DNA of 25,448 nt from a virus (Duplodnaviria > Caudoviricetes), in IMG/VR virus record IMGVR_UViG_3300048599_000734, positions 1 to 25,448 of that record, one strand, 5' to 3'. The notes under the pieces are model-generated. The model did not search any database and was not told the DNA's origin. It saw only the letters and a program-made list of their open reading frames with translations. Positions 9,199-17,187 of this stretch are shown here, piece by piece (positions within the stretch are counted from its first letter, which is position 1; the number at the start of each line of letters is the position of its first letter). A program made the translations under genes and the position numbers.

Positions 9199-10269
9199 TT
9201 ACTGACTTGTTTCATTGGCTTTCAGTCTGCTTTTGTATTCTGCCTGCAGCCGGTTCCATCGCTCCGAGGCGGCCGATTTCATCCGGAGAAAGCCCTGGAA
9301 GGATTTCGGCGCATCGTCCGGAACCACCAGCCGCATCTTCTCCCAAAGCCTTCGATTGTCCCGGAGGGTCTTCCGCTGCTGCTGCACCATGTTATATATA
9401 TCCATCTGTTTCTGGCTCCGGGGATCAAGATCGAAGGGCTTCCGACTGTGCTCCCGGTCTCTTTCCGGATCATCTGCCAGTTCAGGGATGTACGGCTCTA
9501 AAACATGGCTGCAGTTCGGGTGGATATTGGCATACGGTCCGGAAAACGCGATACTCAAAGGCGGATATCGCGGGTCTTTTCCGGATATGCTGTAGACCCG
9601 TCCCTCCATTACTGCGCATATCGGGCAGCTGGATTTATGGCTGCTAACTTTTACAAGGTCATATCCCAGGGAAGTCAGCTGATTCAGCGTAGCGGTATTA
9701 GTCGCCTCTCTCGTCTTGCTCCTGGCCACAACCGACGCATAGGCATCCAGCGACATTGTTCGCCCGTTTTTTCCCAGAATACCGGTAAAGCCATCTTCCA
9801 ACAGCTTCCTGACCAGGTTCTTTTTACATTCCCGGACGGTTTGCCCCTGGGCGAGCTTCTGCATGACAGCTTCCCTGACCGACTGCCGCAGGGAGGCGGA
9901 TATGCTTTCGCCAAGAAATTGATTTGCGCCGTGCAGTTCGTCCAGCGTTTCCTGCATCAGCACTTCAATAGCATCCGTATGCAGCTGCGCGAAGGAGACG
10001 TTTACTGAAATTCCATTCCCGGCAAGCCACTTGTTTACTGCATCGAAGCCGGCGCGGTAGCTTTGCGGCAGGGTGCCTTTTATCCAGTCTTCCGCCTGTC
10101 TGTCCAGTTCCTTCAGGATCTCGGAGACCTGCCGGAGGAGGCTTTTCTGATAGTAGGTGACGTTGCCCCTGGCCTCCTTGGTGGCGATGGTCTCCACCAG
10201 CGCCTGCTGTGCCTTGGTATATACTTCAATCAACTTCTGGGCTTCCAGGATTGTTTTCTGCTGGATCAT
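9199..10269 (-). CDS. Minor capsid / head morphogenesis protein
   Basis: GRTMSLDAYA, VSSHKSSCPICAVMEGRVYS and HPNCSH motifs; follows portal. Confidence 0.88.
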   Translation of the reverse strand: MIQQKTILEAQKLIEVYTKAQQALVETIATKEARGNVTYYQKSLLRQVSEILKELDRQAEDWIKGTLPQSYRAGFDAVNKWLAGNGISVNVSFAQLHTDAIEVLMQETLDELHGANQFLGESISASLRQSVREAVMQKLAQGQTVRECKKNLVRKLLEDGFTGILGKNGRTMSLDAYASVVARSKTREATNTATLNQLTSLGYDLVKVSSHKSSCPICAVMEGRVYSISGKDPRYPPLSIAFSGPYANIHPNCSHVLEPYIPELADDPERDREHSRKPFDLDPRSQKQMDIYNMVQQQRKTLRDNRRLWEKMRLVVPDDAPKSFQGFLRMKSAASERWNRLQAEYKSRLKANETSQ

Positions 10270-10279
10270 ACCTTTTCTC

Positions 10280-11905
10280 CTAAATTACGGAATCCTTCGG
10301 CAGCTTCACCTTCAACTGATTCGCAACGATCTCCCGGGCCATCTCCTGATCCATCCGGAGGAACTTGACCAGCATGATCACCGCTGTATCTGGGGTTATG
10401 GTCCCTGCACTGACATTCTGGATAATCTCAACCGCACTGCTGATCTGCGCCCCGTTATATGACAGGTCACTGTCCATATTTCCGGATGCGGTCCCTTCCG
10501 GAATGCCGGCTTCTGAAGGAACCATTTGGCTGAAGGGGGCAGGGGACAAAGGATTGGCTGCAGCTTCATCTTCCGCGATCCGATCCATTTCCTCATCTAC
10601 CTCCGCATCCGTCAGATTGTCCAGGCGCTTGATGGCCGTGCGCCGGCTGATAGTACGGTCACCGCCGGTGGCTCCGGTCCTTATCCCCATGATCTCCGCG
10701 TCTTCCTTGTCATCCCTGGGCAGCCCTTCCTTCCAGAAGATATTGAGCGGCACCTTGGTCAGATCGACCGTAGCATTGATTTGGCTGCAGAGCTTCAGGG
10801 CCTTTTTGATTGCCGGGTCAAGGCGCATCCGGATGCGCTGCGTCTTTGCCAAAGGCGCCATCATGAGACGCTTCAGCGCGGCACCGCTTTCCGCAAGCCC
10901 CTGTTTCAGTTCCCCGAAGCAGGCAGCGGAGGTCTCGCTCAATATATATAGCTGCGAAAGCAGGAAGTCGAGTTCCTTCCAGTTGGCCTCCAGTTGCGCG
11001 TCCCACACAAGGTACCCCGGCTTTTCACCACCCTGCGAAACGGGGAAGAACTTACCTCCGCCCCGGAAGGTCGTTTCTCCGGTTTCCGGGTCTTCCTCTA
11101 GAGCGTTTTCATCGCCGTACATGTTGGGGTCGGAATGCTTGTCCAGGATACGGCTGATCTGGGCAATGCGGATCTCCATCTCCTGTATGATGCTGTCGAG
11201 GTCCGTATAATCATCGGCCCCAATCACCTCATCGCTGGTCACGATATTGTTGACCGGAATGATGGCGAAGTCCGAAAGTCCGGTATCGATCACCTGCGGC
11301 GCTTGTGTTTCTTTTTGGATCACATCGCCCTTCAGCTTATATTTCCGGATCGTATATCTGCCCTTTTCATGGATCTGTACCTGCAGGAACTTTTCTTTTT
11401 TATCGCCGATGCCTATTGTATAAGTCTGCGCCAGAACATGATAAATGACGTTTTTTATATTCAGGACATCCACGACCGGGAACCAGGTATCTGCCGGCGT
11501 AACACTTATAACGCCTTTTTCACCATTATTATAAATATTAAACAGGCCGGTCCCGAATCGGCTTATGTCCAGCACCAGCTCGTATGCGGTATTCAGCAGG
11601 CCATTGTCCTCCAGCATGTTGTCCAGCTCTGCCTGCTCCTCCGATCCTTCCTTGCCGGCGGTGAATTTCGGCGGCTCACTCAGCAGCAAATCCGCCCAAA
11701 GCAGAGACAGCCGTTTATGCCAATTCAGGATCAGCTCCAGGGTCGCCTTTTTATCATCGCGGAGCAGCCGCACCCAGTCCTTATATACTTCATTGTGCCG
11801 GCCCTTGAACAGCAGCTTGTTCTCCTGGTATTTCTGCAGCCGTTCCCTTTCCCCGTAAGGTGGCCACGGCTGACCGATATTAAAAAAACTTAAATCTGTA
11901 AGCAT
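10280..11905 (-). CDS. Portal protein (SPP1 gp6-like)
   Basis: 541 aa after TerL; LNWHKRLSLLWADLL, GADDY, ESGAALKR, ISRRTAI, VDEEMDRIAEDE motifs. Confidence 0.9.
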   Translation of the reverse strand: MLTDLSFFNIGQPWPPYGERERLQKYQENKLLFKGRHNEVYKDWVRLLRDDKKATLELILNWHKRLSLLWADLLLSEPPKFTAGKEGSEEQAELDNMLEDNGLLNTAYELVLDISRFGTGLFNIYNNGEKGVISVTPADTWFPVVDVLNIKNVIYHVLAQTYTIGIGDKKEKFLQVQIHEKGRYTIRKYKLKGDVIQKETQAPQVIDTGLSDFAIIPVNNIVTSDEVIGADDYTDLDSIIQEMEIRIAQISRILDKHSDPNMYGDENALEEDPETGETTFRGGGKFFPVSQGGEKPGYLVWDAQLEANWKELDFLLSQLYILSETSAACFGELKQGLAESGAALKRLMMAPLAKTQRIRMRLDPAIKKALKLCSQINATVDLTKVPLNIFWKEGLPRDDKEDAEIMGIRTGATGGDRTISRRTAIKRLDNLTDAEVDEEMDRIAEDEAAANPLSPAPFSQMVPSEAGIPEGTASGNMDSDLSYNGAQISSAVEIIQNVSAGTITPDTAVIMLVKFLRMDQEMAREIVANQLKVKLPKDSVI

Positions 11906-11920
11906 AGCAGATCACTCCCG

Positions 11921-13438
11921 TTACCAGCCTCTTGGCTTTTTGACGCTGCCTTTCTTGTTTCGCTTGCCCTGGATCATTTCTCCCAATCCGGTCGTGGCAT
12001 CTGGGGCATCGTCGTGCTTGTTTTTGCCTTCGCGCTGGAAGCCACACATGGCCTTATAGTATTCCGGCCAACGCTCCGCCCAGTTCCACGGAAAATAGAT
12101 ATGCTCCATAACAAAGGTGCTGCCGGATAAGATCCTGGAGATCTTGTTAGCGGACTGATGGAACCAGCGGACAATGACCCGGCGGGTCTTGTGGATTGTC
12201 CAGATGATACGCTCCACATTCCGGGCAAAGCCCTTGCCGCCGTTGTTGCTTTCGATCATGGCAAGGTTGACCTTGTTGTCCACCAGCATCTTGGCCGTAG
12301 CCGGCTCCGTAACTTCCATTCCGGCCCCGGAAAACAGGACATCAATTACAAAACCCTCGCCCTTATACTCAACGGCGCAGATGGAACACAGTTTGTCGGA
12401 CCCTTCATCGGCCGTATCGGTATAATTGATGATCCGGTCACAAAGGAGATTCCCCCGATCGTCCCGGGGCAGATCCTTATATGTTTTGAAGTAAGCATAC
12501 AGCCGCCCCTTAGCGTCCACCGGTTCCTGCTGATAGTTTGCCAACGCAATTTCCGGGGACATTTTTCCCGGCTTGGTTTTATCCGTATAGCTCGCAAAGC
12601 TTAATATCTCCGGGCAGAGCATTTCTCCCGTCTCAAAGTTCAAGACCGCCTTCAGCTTCATTTCAAACCATTCTTCCGGTTCAATCTCCAGGAGCCGGCC
12701 GCAGATATCTTTTGTGCTCCAGCGTGTCATGATGATGATCTGGATCGCGCCTTCCTCCAGTCGGGAAAGCCAGGTGTCATTGTGCCATTCCCAATGCCCA
12801 TTCAGAAGGTTTTCATTGTGAGCCTCATCAGCCGTTTTGATCTGGTCGTCGATAATGCCGATTTTGCAGCCGATACCCGTTACGGTCCCGTTGAAGCTGG
12901 TGGCCAGGTAATTAAAAAACTGTCCCTCTAATGACCATAGGCTTGCGGCGGAATCCCCGTATTTGATATGGGTCGTGGGGAAGATATCATTAAAAATGAC
13001 CCTTTTGGGGTCAAGCTTTGTTTCGTCGATCCCGTCCCGGACGGCTTTCCCGAAGCGGGTTGAAAGCGTCTCGTTATAGGAACAGGTGATGATGGTATTC
13101 TCATTGTTCTTTCCCAGTACCCACTGGGAAAACAGCGAGGCCGTGAAGGATTTATAATGCCGGGGAGGGACATTCAGCATCATCTTTTTACAGACCGTAT
13201 ATCCTTCAAGGCCCTCCGTGGTTTCAACGATCTGCCAGGCATCGTCTTTCCCGAACTTGATGATCCGCCCTTCATAGAGCGCCTGGAAGGCCTCGCAAAT
13301 CCGTTTCTGATATGGTCGGCTCTCTTTATAGTGTTTCGGGTACCTGAGCTTGCAGTATTCCCAGAAGCTCTCACGGGCCTTCAGGTATTCGTCCTTTATG
13401 GAATTGTCGTTTTTGACCAGGCTTTCCAAAAGGCTCAT
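11921..13438 (-). CDS. terL: Terminase large subunit
   Basis: Walker A-like PPRHYKS, Walker B IGIIDD, MTRW coupling motif, YQQEP, nuclease YTDTAD...HDDAPD. Confidence 0.95.
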   Translation of the reverse strand: MSLLESLVKNDNSIKDEYLKARESFWEYCKLRYPKHYKESRPYQKRICEAFQALYEGRIIKFGKDDAWQIVETTEGLEGYTVCKKMMLNVPPRHYKSFTASLFSQWVLGKNNENTIITCSYNETLSTRFGKAVRDGIDETKLDPKRVIFNDIFPTTHIKYGDSAASLWSLEGQFFNYLATSFNGTVTGIGCKIGIIDDQIKTADEAHNENLLNGHWEWHNDTWLSRLEEGAIQIIIMTRWSTKDICGRLLEIEPEEWFEMKLKAVLNFETGEMLCPEILSFASYTDKTKPGKMSPEIALANYQQEPVDAKGRLYAYFKTYKDLPRDDRGNLLCDRIINYTDTADEGSDKLCSICAVEYKGEGFVIDVLFSGAGMEVTEPATAKMLVDNKVNLAMIESNNGGKGFARNVERIIWTIHKTRRVIVRWFHQSANKISRILSGSTFVMEHIYFPWNWAERWPEYYKAMCGFQREGKNKHDDAPDATTGLGEMIQGKRNKKGSVKKPRGW

Positions 13439-13492
13439 TTATGTGACAACTCCTTTTTGGGATTGCATATCTGCTTTTAATTTCGCCGGAAA

Positions 13493-13518
13493 CCCCGTTA
13501 TAACGCGTTATAACGGGG
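13493..13518. repeat. Perfect 26-bp palindrome
   Basis: CCCCGTTATAACGCGTTATAACGGGG equals its own reverse complement; core is two tandem CGTTATAACG palindromes. Confidence 0.9.
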
Positions 13519-13554
13519 GTGAAAAACGGAAAACGATGAATTACTCGCCTGAAT

Positions 13555-13580
13555 GAAAAAAGCCCTTTTAAAAGGCTTTA
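13555..13580 (-). terminator. Candidate intrinsic terminator in the terL leader
   Basis: Minus strand AAAGCC-TTTTAAAAG-GGCTTT-TTTC; weak stem. Confidence 0.45.
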
Positions 13581-13599
13581 AAAAAATACTCGTACGGAC

Positions 13600-13691
13600 A
13601 GGCTTCGCCATCCGGATGAATGGTCCGGTAAAGGGAGCCTGTGACGTCCTCGCTATTGTCGTGCGACGAGTCAAGCACGCAACAGCTCGGA
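13600..13691 (-). ncRNA. Candidate cis-regulatory structured element downstream of NusG paralog
   Basis: Hairpin GCUGUUG-CGUGC/UUGACUCGUC/GCACG-A-CAAUAGC, then CCGGA/CCAUUCA/UCCGG followed by AUGGCGAAGC. Folded by hand only. Confidence 0.5.
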
Positions 13692-13723
13692 TTTTATAAA
13701 GGGGTGTAAGGGGGTATATTGGA

Positions 13724-14227
13724 TCAATCGACTTTGGATATATCGACGATGCCCAGTTCCACAATCCGGGGTTCTCCCATCAGGGAGATATTAACCTTTG
13801 CCCGGAATCTTCTCGCATCGACCTTGATGATCTGCCCTTCCAATCCAACCAGGGGGCCGGATATGACATATACCATGTTGCCCTGGCGATATACTTCCGA
13901 CAAGCCGAGCGGATCGCCTTCATTCCCGAGCCGGAGGATCACCTGCATTTCCTCCAGCGGTACCGGGTCCGGTTTGCCCGTTCCCAATATCCGGATCACC
14001 GAGGGGATGGCCATGAGCCGGTAATATAGGTCAGTATCCAGATAGGCACTTATAAACACATAGCCCGGAAACAGTATCCGGGATACTTCCTTCCATTTTC
14101 CATTGATCCGTTCCCGGAGCGTCCGCTCCGGGACCAGATGAACCACTCCAGGGAGATCCCGACACAGGGCGGCTTTTGTATCATGCTCTTTTCCGGTTTT
14201 CACATGGAGGACATACCAATCATTCAT
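13724..14227 (-). CDS. NusG-family transcription antiterminator (LoaP-like paralog)
   Basis: NGN domain WYVLHVKTGKE...ILFPGYVFI...VIRILG and KOW domain VYVISGPLVGLEGQIIKVDARRFRAKVNISLMGEPRIVELG. Confidence 0.92.
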   Translation of the reverse strand: MNDWYVLHVKTGKEHDTKAALCRDLPGVVHLVPERTLRERINGKWKEVSRILFPGYVFISAYLDTDLYYRLMAIPSVIRILGTGKPDPVPLEEMQVILRLGNEGDPLGLSEVYRQGNMVYVISGPLVGLEGQIIKVDARRFRAKVNISLMGEPRIVELGIVDISKVD

Positions 14228-14795
14228 TTTCGCCCTCGATCTTCTTCATAACCTTGTCTTCGACCCGCTCCGTGAGTTCGATCATCTTGGCCAGCAACTC
14301 CGGTTCCGTCTGCAGCTCGGCCTTGAGTTCAAGCTTCACCTCGTTGATGGCCTTGCGGTAATGCTTGTTCAGTTCCGCCTTGATCTTTTCCTTATAGGCG
14401 GCGGTCCGGCTGATCGCGACCATAAGGCGACCGGCCTTATCCGGTTCCATTTCGTCAATCTCTTCCTGGGCTATCGCCATCTTTTTGATCAACAGGTCCA
14501 TCAGGATAAACAATCCGGCATCCGTATAATCCGTTTCCGGGCTGTTTTTAACGGCGTTCACCAGCACCTTGGTCTGTGCCTGGGCTTCCATCATTCTGTT
14601 GAGGACAGCGCCCTGGCGGATCGCATAGCGACCGATAGAGGATCTGCTGATTTCATATCCTTTTTTACAGATCTCTTCCGCAATTTCGTTGTAGGTAATA
14701 TTCACATTTGCGAGACGTTCGTCAACGATGCTCCGGATCTCTTCCGGCAGTTCGTCAATGCGGGATCTGTTTCTGGTACGCTGCCGTTTCTTCAT
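14220..14795 (-). CDS. Mu gp27-like (DUF3486) putative terminase small subunit
   Basis: RSRIDELPEEIR...TYNEIAE...GYEISRSSIGRY N-terminal HTH; Mu-like synteny. Confidence 0.85.
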   Translation of the reverse strand: MKKRQRTRNRSRIDELPEEIRSIVDERLANVNITYNEIAEEICKKGYEISRSSIGRYAIRQGAVLNRMMEAQAQTKVLVNAVKNSPETDYTDAGLFILMDLLIKKMAIAQEEIDEMEPDKAGRLMVAISRTAAYKEKIKAELNKHYRKAINEVKLELKAELQTEPELLAKMIELTERVEDKVMKKIEGENE

Positions 14796-15104
14796 TTATA
14801 TATCAACTCCCGGATCGCTGCTTGTTCCCTCCAGGAGATCGACCCCCTGGGCCGTCAGCTCGACCAACTCATCGTCGGCCATCTCGATCAGATTGCCTTC
14901 CCTGGTTCGGATGTACCCCTTGTCCTCCAGGTAATGCAGAACCTTCTGCGTGTCGGCGGTAATGGTCAGGCCCCTTTCCAGCAGCGCTCCCTTGAGGCTG
15001 CGGATGGTAATGGGGGAGGGGTAAAATAATGCCAGGCTTCTCAGCACGACGCCCCGTAATTGCCTGTTCTTCAGGGCCTGAATCTTGTCGATGTTCTCCA
15101 TCAT
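14796..15104 (-). CDS. Mu gp26-like winged-helix protein
   Basis: RGVVLRSL...LHYLEDKGYI...LTAQGVDLLEG..DPGV pattern; precedes gp27-like gene. Confidence 0.75.
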   Translation of the reverse strand: MMENIDKIQALKNRQLRGVVLRSLALFYPSPITIRSLKGALLERGLTITADTQKVLHYLEDKGYIRTREGNLIEMADDELVELTAQGVDLLEGTSSDPGVDI

Positions 15105-15427
15105 GATTCGCAGTCACTTCCTTTCTTGGTTATGCAGTCATAGATCTTGTCAAGCTTCCGGTCGACGTTGGTCATGGCCCGAATGAATTCATCCCTGGTG
15201 ACAAAGTTGAAGGGCATATCCGCTTTGTATTTGTTGTAATCGTCCTTCAGCAGGGACAGCTTGTCCTCGAAGACCTTTTTGGTCTCCTTGATTTCGAGTT
15301 CGTTCGCGACATCCTTATCATCCAGTCTTTTCAGCTCTCTTTTGATAAAGAACCCGAATAATGCTATGGCCAGCGTGCATATGATCTGGAAAATGACTGT
15401 AATGGAAACTCCGTTTGTACCTGACAT
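15101..15427 (-). CDS. Single-TM coiled-coil protein (Mu gp25-like position)
   Basis: N-terminal hydrophobic helix, FVTRDEFIR..VDRKLDKI. Start moved to ATG 15427, which has a GAGGTG RBS. Confidence 0.65.
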   Translation of the reverse strand: MSGTNGVSITVIFQIICTLAIALFGFFIKRELKRLDDKDVANELEIKETKKVFEDKLSLLKDDYNKYKADMPFNFVTRDEFIRAMTNVDRKLDKIYDCITKKGSDCES

Positions 15428-15448
15428 TTCGCACCTCGTTTTATGCAA

Positions 15449-15481
15449 AATAAAAAATCCTAGCTGTTATACTAGGATTTT
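15449..15481 (-). terminator. Inverted repeat/terminator after mor, overlapping late promoter
   Basis: AAAATCCTAG-N8-CTAGGATTTT (15454-15481) followed on the minus strand by TTATTTT. Confidence 0.6.
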
Positions 15482-15505
15482 AGCAAGGTCGCGATATGGT
15501 GTGAA
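15477..15505 (-). promoter_or_regulatory. Candidate sigma-A late promoter
   Basis: Minus strand TTCACA-17 nt-TAAAAT with extended -10 TG (TGC TAAAAT), between mor and the first late gene. Confidence 0.6.
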
Positions 15506-15556
15506 ACGCTGGTGTCTGCGCCATTGGCAAAGAAACGGACAAGCGCATTGCTGCTG

Positions 15557-15868
15557 TTATATTGACATGGCTATCTGTCCTTCGATGGGAATGTCCTTAA
15601 TGCCTTCCACCCACCTGTATACGGTGCGTTCGGAGACGCCATATTTTTTCACCAGAGATTTGATATTATATCCACTGTATTCCTCCCTGATCCGCTGACA
15701 TACCCAGTCGGACAGGAGTTCCTGCGTCTGTGGGATATAATATCCGCTGCCGCCCATCGTTTCGCAAAGCTTGATCAGGTTGTCCAGTCCGATGATTTCG
15801 GCATACTGCCTATGCTGCGGCGGGAGATCCTCAATCCGGATTTGCGTAATCAGTTCATTAATTTTCAC
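15557..15868 (-). CDS. Mor/C-family transcription activator
   Basis: EIIGLDNLIKLCETMGGSGYYIP...IREEYSGYNIKSLVKKYGVSERTVYRWV. Confidence 0.92.
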   Translation of the reverse strand: MKINELITQIRIEDLPPQHRQYAEIIGLDNLIKLCETMGGSGYYIPQTQELLSDWVCQRIREEYSGYNIKSLVKKYGVSERTVYRWVEGIKDIPIEGQIAMSI

Positions 15869-15906
15869 GTATATTACCCCCTTTATACCTTATGACATCG
15901 ATTCTG

Positions 15907-16236
15907 TCAATCCGTGTCTTTTTGACAAATATGATGAGAACGAAGCAGCTGGTTCACGATTGACAATTCTTTTCGCCGGGCATCCATGTACATCTCTCGG
16001 AGGAGCTCCGTCTTCTTCCTGTAGTCCTCATCTAAGCGGCATATCCTGGCCTTCAAGTTTAGTAGTTCTTCAGTGGCGGCCTTCAGGTCCGTTTCAACCG
16101 CCATGTATTCTTCCGGCCTAATTTCAATAATTTCATTTCTGGGAACATACAGCTCTTCATCACCGGCATGTATATCCACCATTTTGCCCCCGCCATCTTC
16201 AAAGCTAATAATTCTTCCGTCGTATATGCCGTACAT
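15907..16236 (-). CDS. Hypothetical protein (beta N-terminus, coiled-coil C-terminus)
   Basis: Co-oriented and tightly packed ORF. Confidence 0.6.
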   Translation of the reverse strand: MYGIYDGRIISFEDGGGKMVDIHAGDEELYVPRNEIIEIRPEEYMAVETDLKAATEELLNLKARICRLDEDYRKKTELLREMYMDARRKELSIVNQLLRSHHICQKDTD

Positions 16237-16237
16237 T

Positions 16238-16453
16238 TCAGGTCACCTGTTGGTTATAATTACAGTAGCCGTTCCGCCAGGCTCCGCACTTTTCTTGCTG
16301 GCATTGCATCAAAGTATATTCTTCGACCAAAGCGCTTTCGGTCTCCCGCGAGTCTTGATCATAGGCGTACTGGACAATCGTAATGGTTATTGCTCTATGA
16401 TATGGACAAATCATACTGATCGCTCCTATTTTAACGTCATTTGCTATAACCAT
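16238..16453 (-). CDS. Small Cys-containing hypothetical protein
   Basis: CPY...CQQEKCGAWRNGYC; start could be the internal Met (MICPY) after GGAG. Confidence 0.6.
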   Translation of the reverse strand: MVIANDVKIGAISMICPYHRAITITIVQYAYDQDSRETESALVEEYTLMQCQQEKCGAWRNGYCNYNQQVT

Positions 16454-16710
16454 GTTTCCACGATGATCGGATCGTCCATCGCCGACGGGCCGAGCCTCGT
16501 CATTGTTACCGGGATGCCGGCACGGATTTCTTCGAGTGTGTCTGCTACCATAGCATAGGCTGTCGCTCTTTTGTTGATGTCCCAGAGACGAGCCACATAT
16601 TTGCCTGGGAAGTCAGATGGGGAATTGTAGACTGCAATGATCGGCATATCGCAGAGCTGCTGCAAGGGGAGTGATATAAAAGAGTCCACAATAATACTCA
16701 TTCTTGCCAT
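16444..16710 (-). CDS. Hypothetical phage protein
   Basis: VYNSPSDFPGKYVARLW...TLEEIR...DDPIIVETWL; GAGGAGG upstream. Confidence 0.7.
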   Translation of the reverse strand: MARMSIIVDSFISLPLQQLCDMPIIAVYNSPSDFPGKYVARLWDINKRATAYAMVADTLEEIRAGIPVTMTRLGPSAMDDPIIVETWL

Positions 16711-17174
16711 TGCGTACCCTCCTCAACTGCCAAAGTTTCCAGGGCTTTTTCCGCTTCCTGCCTCGTCAGGAAAACCAGTCCCGGCTCATAGTCAGATGCT
16801 CCTACTTCGTCATGTGTGGTATAGAATTCCCGGTCACCTTCTTTTATGTACCCCGACAGTTTAGTCTCTTCGATGCCGGCATCAACGGTTCCATCGAGGT
16901 CCCGGAATTTGTACGGTATATAGATGGCTCCCCCGATGGGGACCGGCAGCATCACAATTCGTCCTTCGGCCTTAGCTTTAGCCAACTCACAAATTTCTTC
17001 TGGGCTGAGGCCGCTATCCTCATATTGGGACAGCCGAATGATTTGGTCCTCGATCTCACGTCTGTTTTTATGCCATACATCCAGATCCGATTGACTTTTC
17101 ATCATGTGTGGATCTGGCAATGGAATGTCCGGTAAAAAAGTTTTATCGCCCCATTTTTTTGTCAGTCTGTCCAT
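16698..17174 (-). CDS. Hypothetical phage protein
   Basis: MDRLT...RLSQYEDSGLSPEEI...EGRIVMLP...VFLTRQEAEKAL, a pattern familiar from Firmicute phages. Start moved to ATG 17174 after AAGGAGG. Confidence 0.75.
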   Translation of the reverse strand: MDRLTKKWGDKTFLPDIPLPDPHMMKSQSDLDVWHKNRREIEDQIIRLSQYEDSGLSPEEICELAKAKAEGRIVMLPVPIGGAIYIPYKFRDLDGTVDAGIEETKLSGYIKEGDREFYTTHDEVGASDYEPGLVFLTRQEAEKALETLAVEEGTQWQE

Positions 17175-17187
17175 TCTCAATTCCTCC

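Noticed and set aside
10365-11893. Plus-strand ORFs of 281 and 252 aa
   Set aside because: Fully antisense to the portal gene.
13150-13180. TerL Walker A reads PPRHYKS rather than PPRHGKS
   Set aside because: This position varies in this terminase group and the other catalytic motifs are intact; no evidence of inactivation.
13498-13764. 88-aa minus-strand ORF over the leader
   Set aside because: Starts inside the nusG paralog, no clear RBS, runs through palindromes; region is better explained as non-coding.
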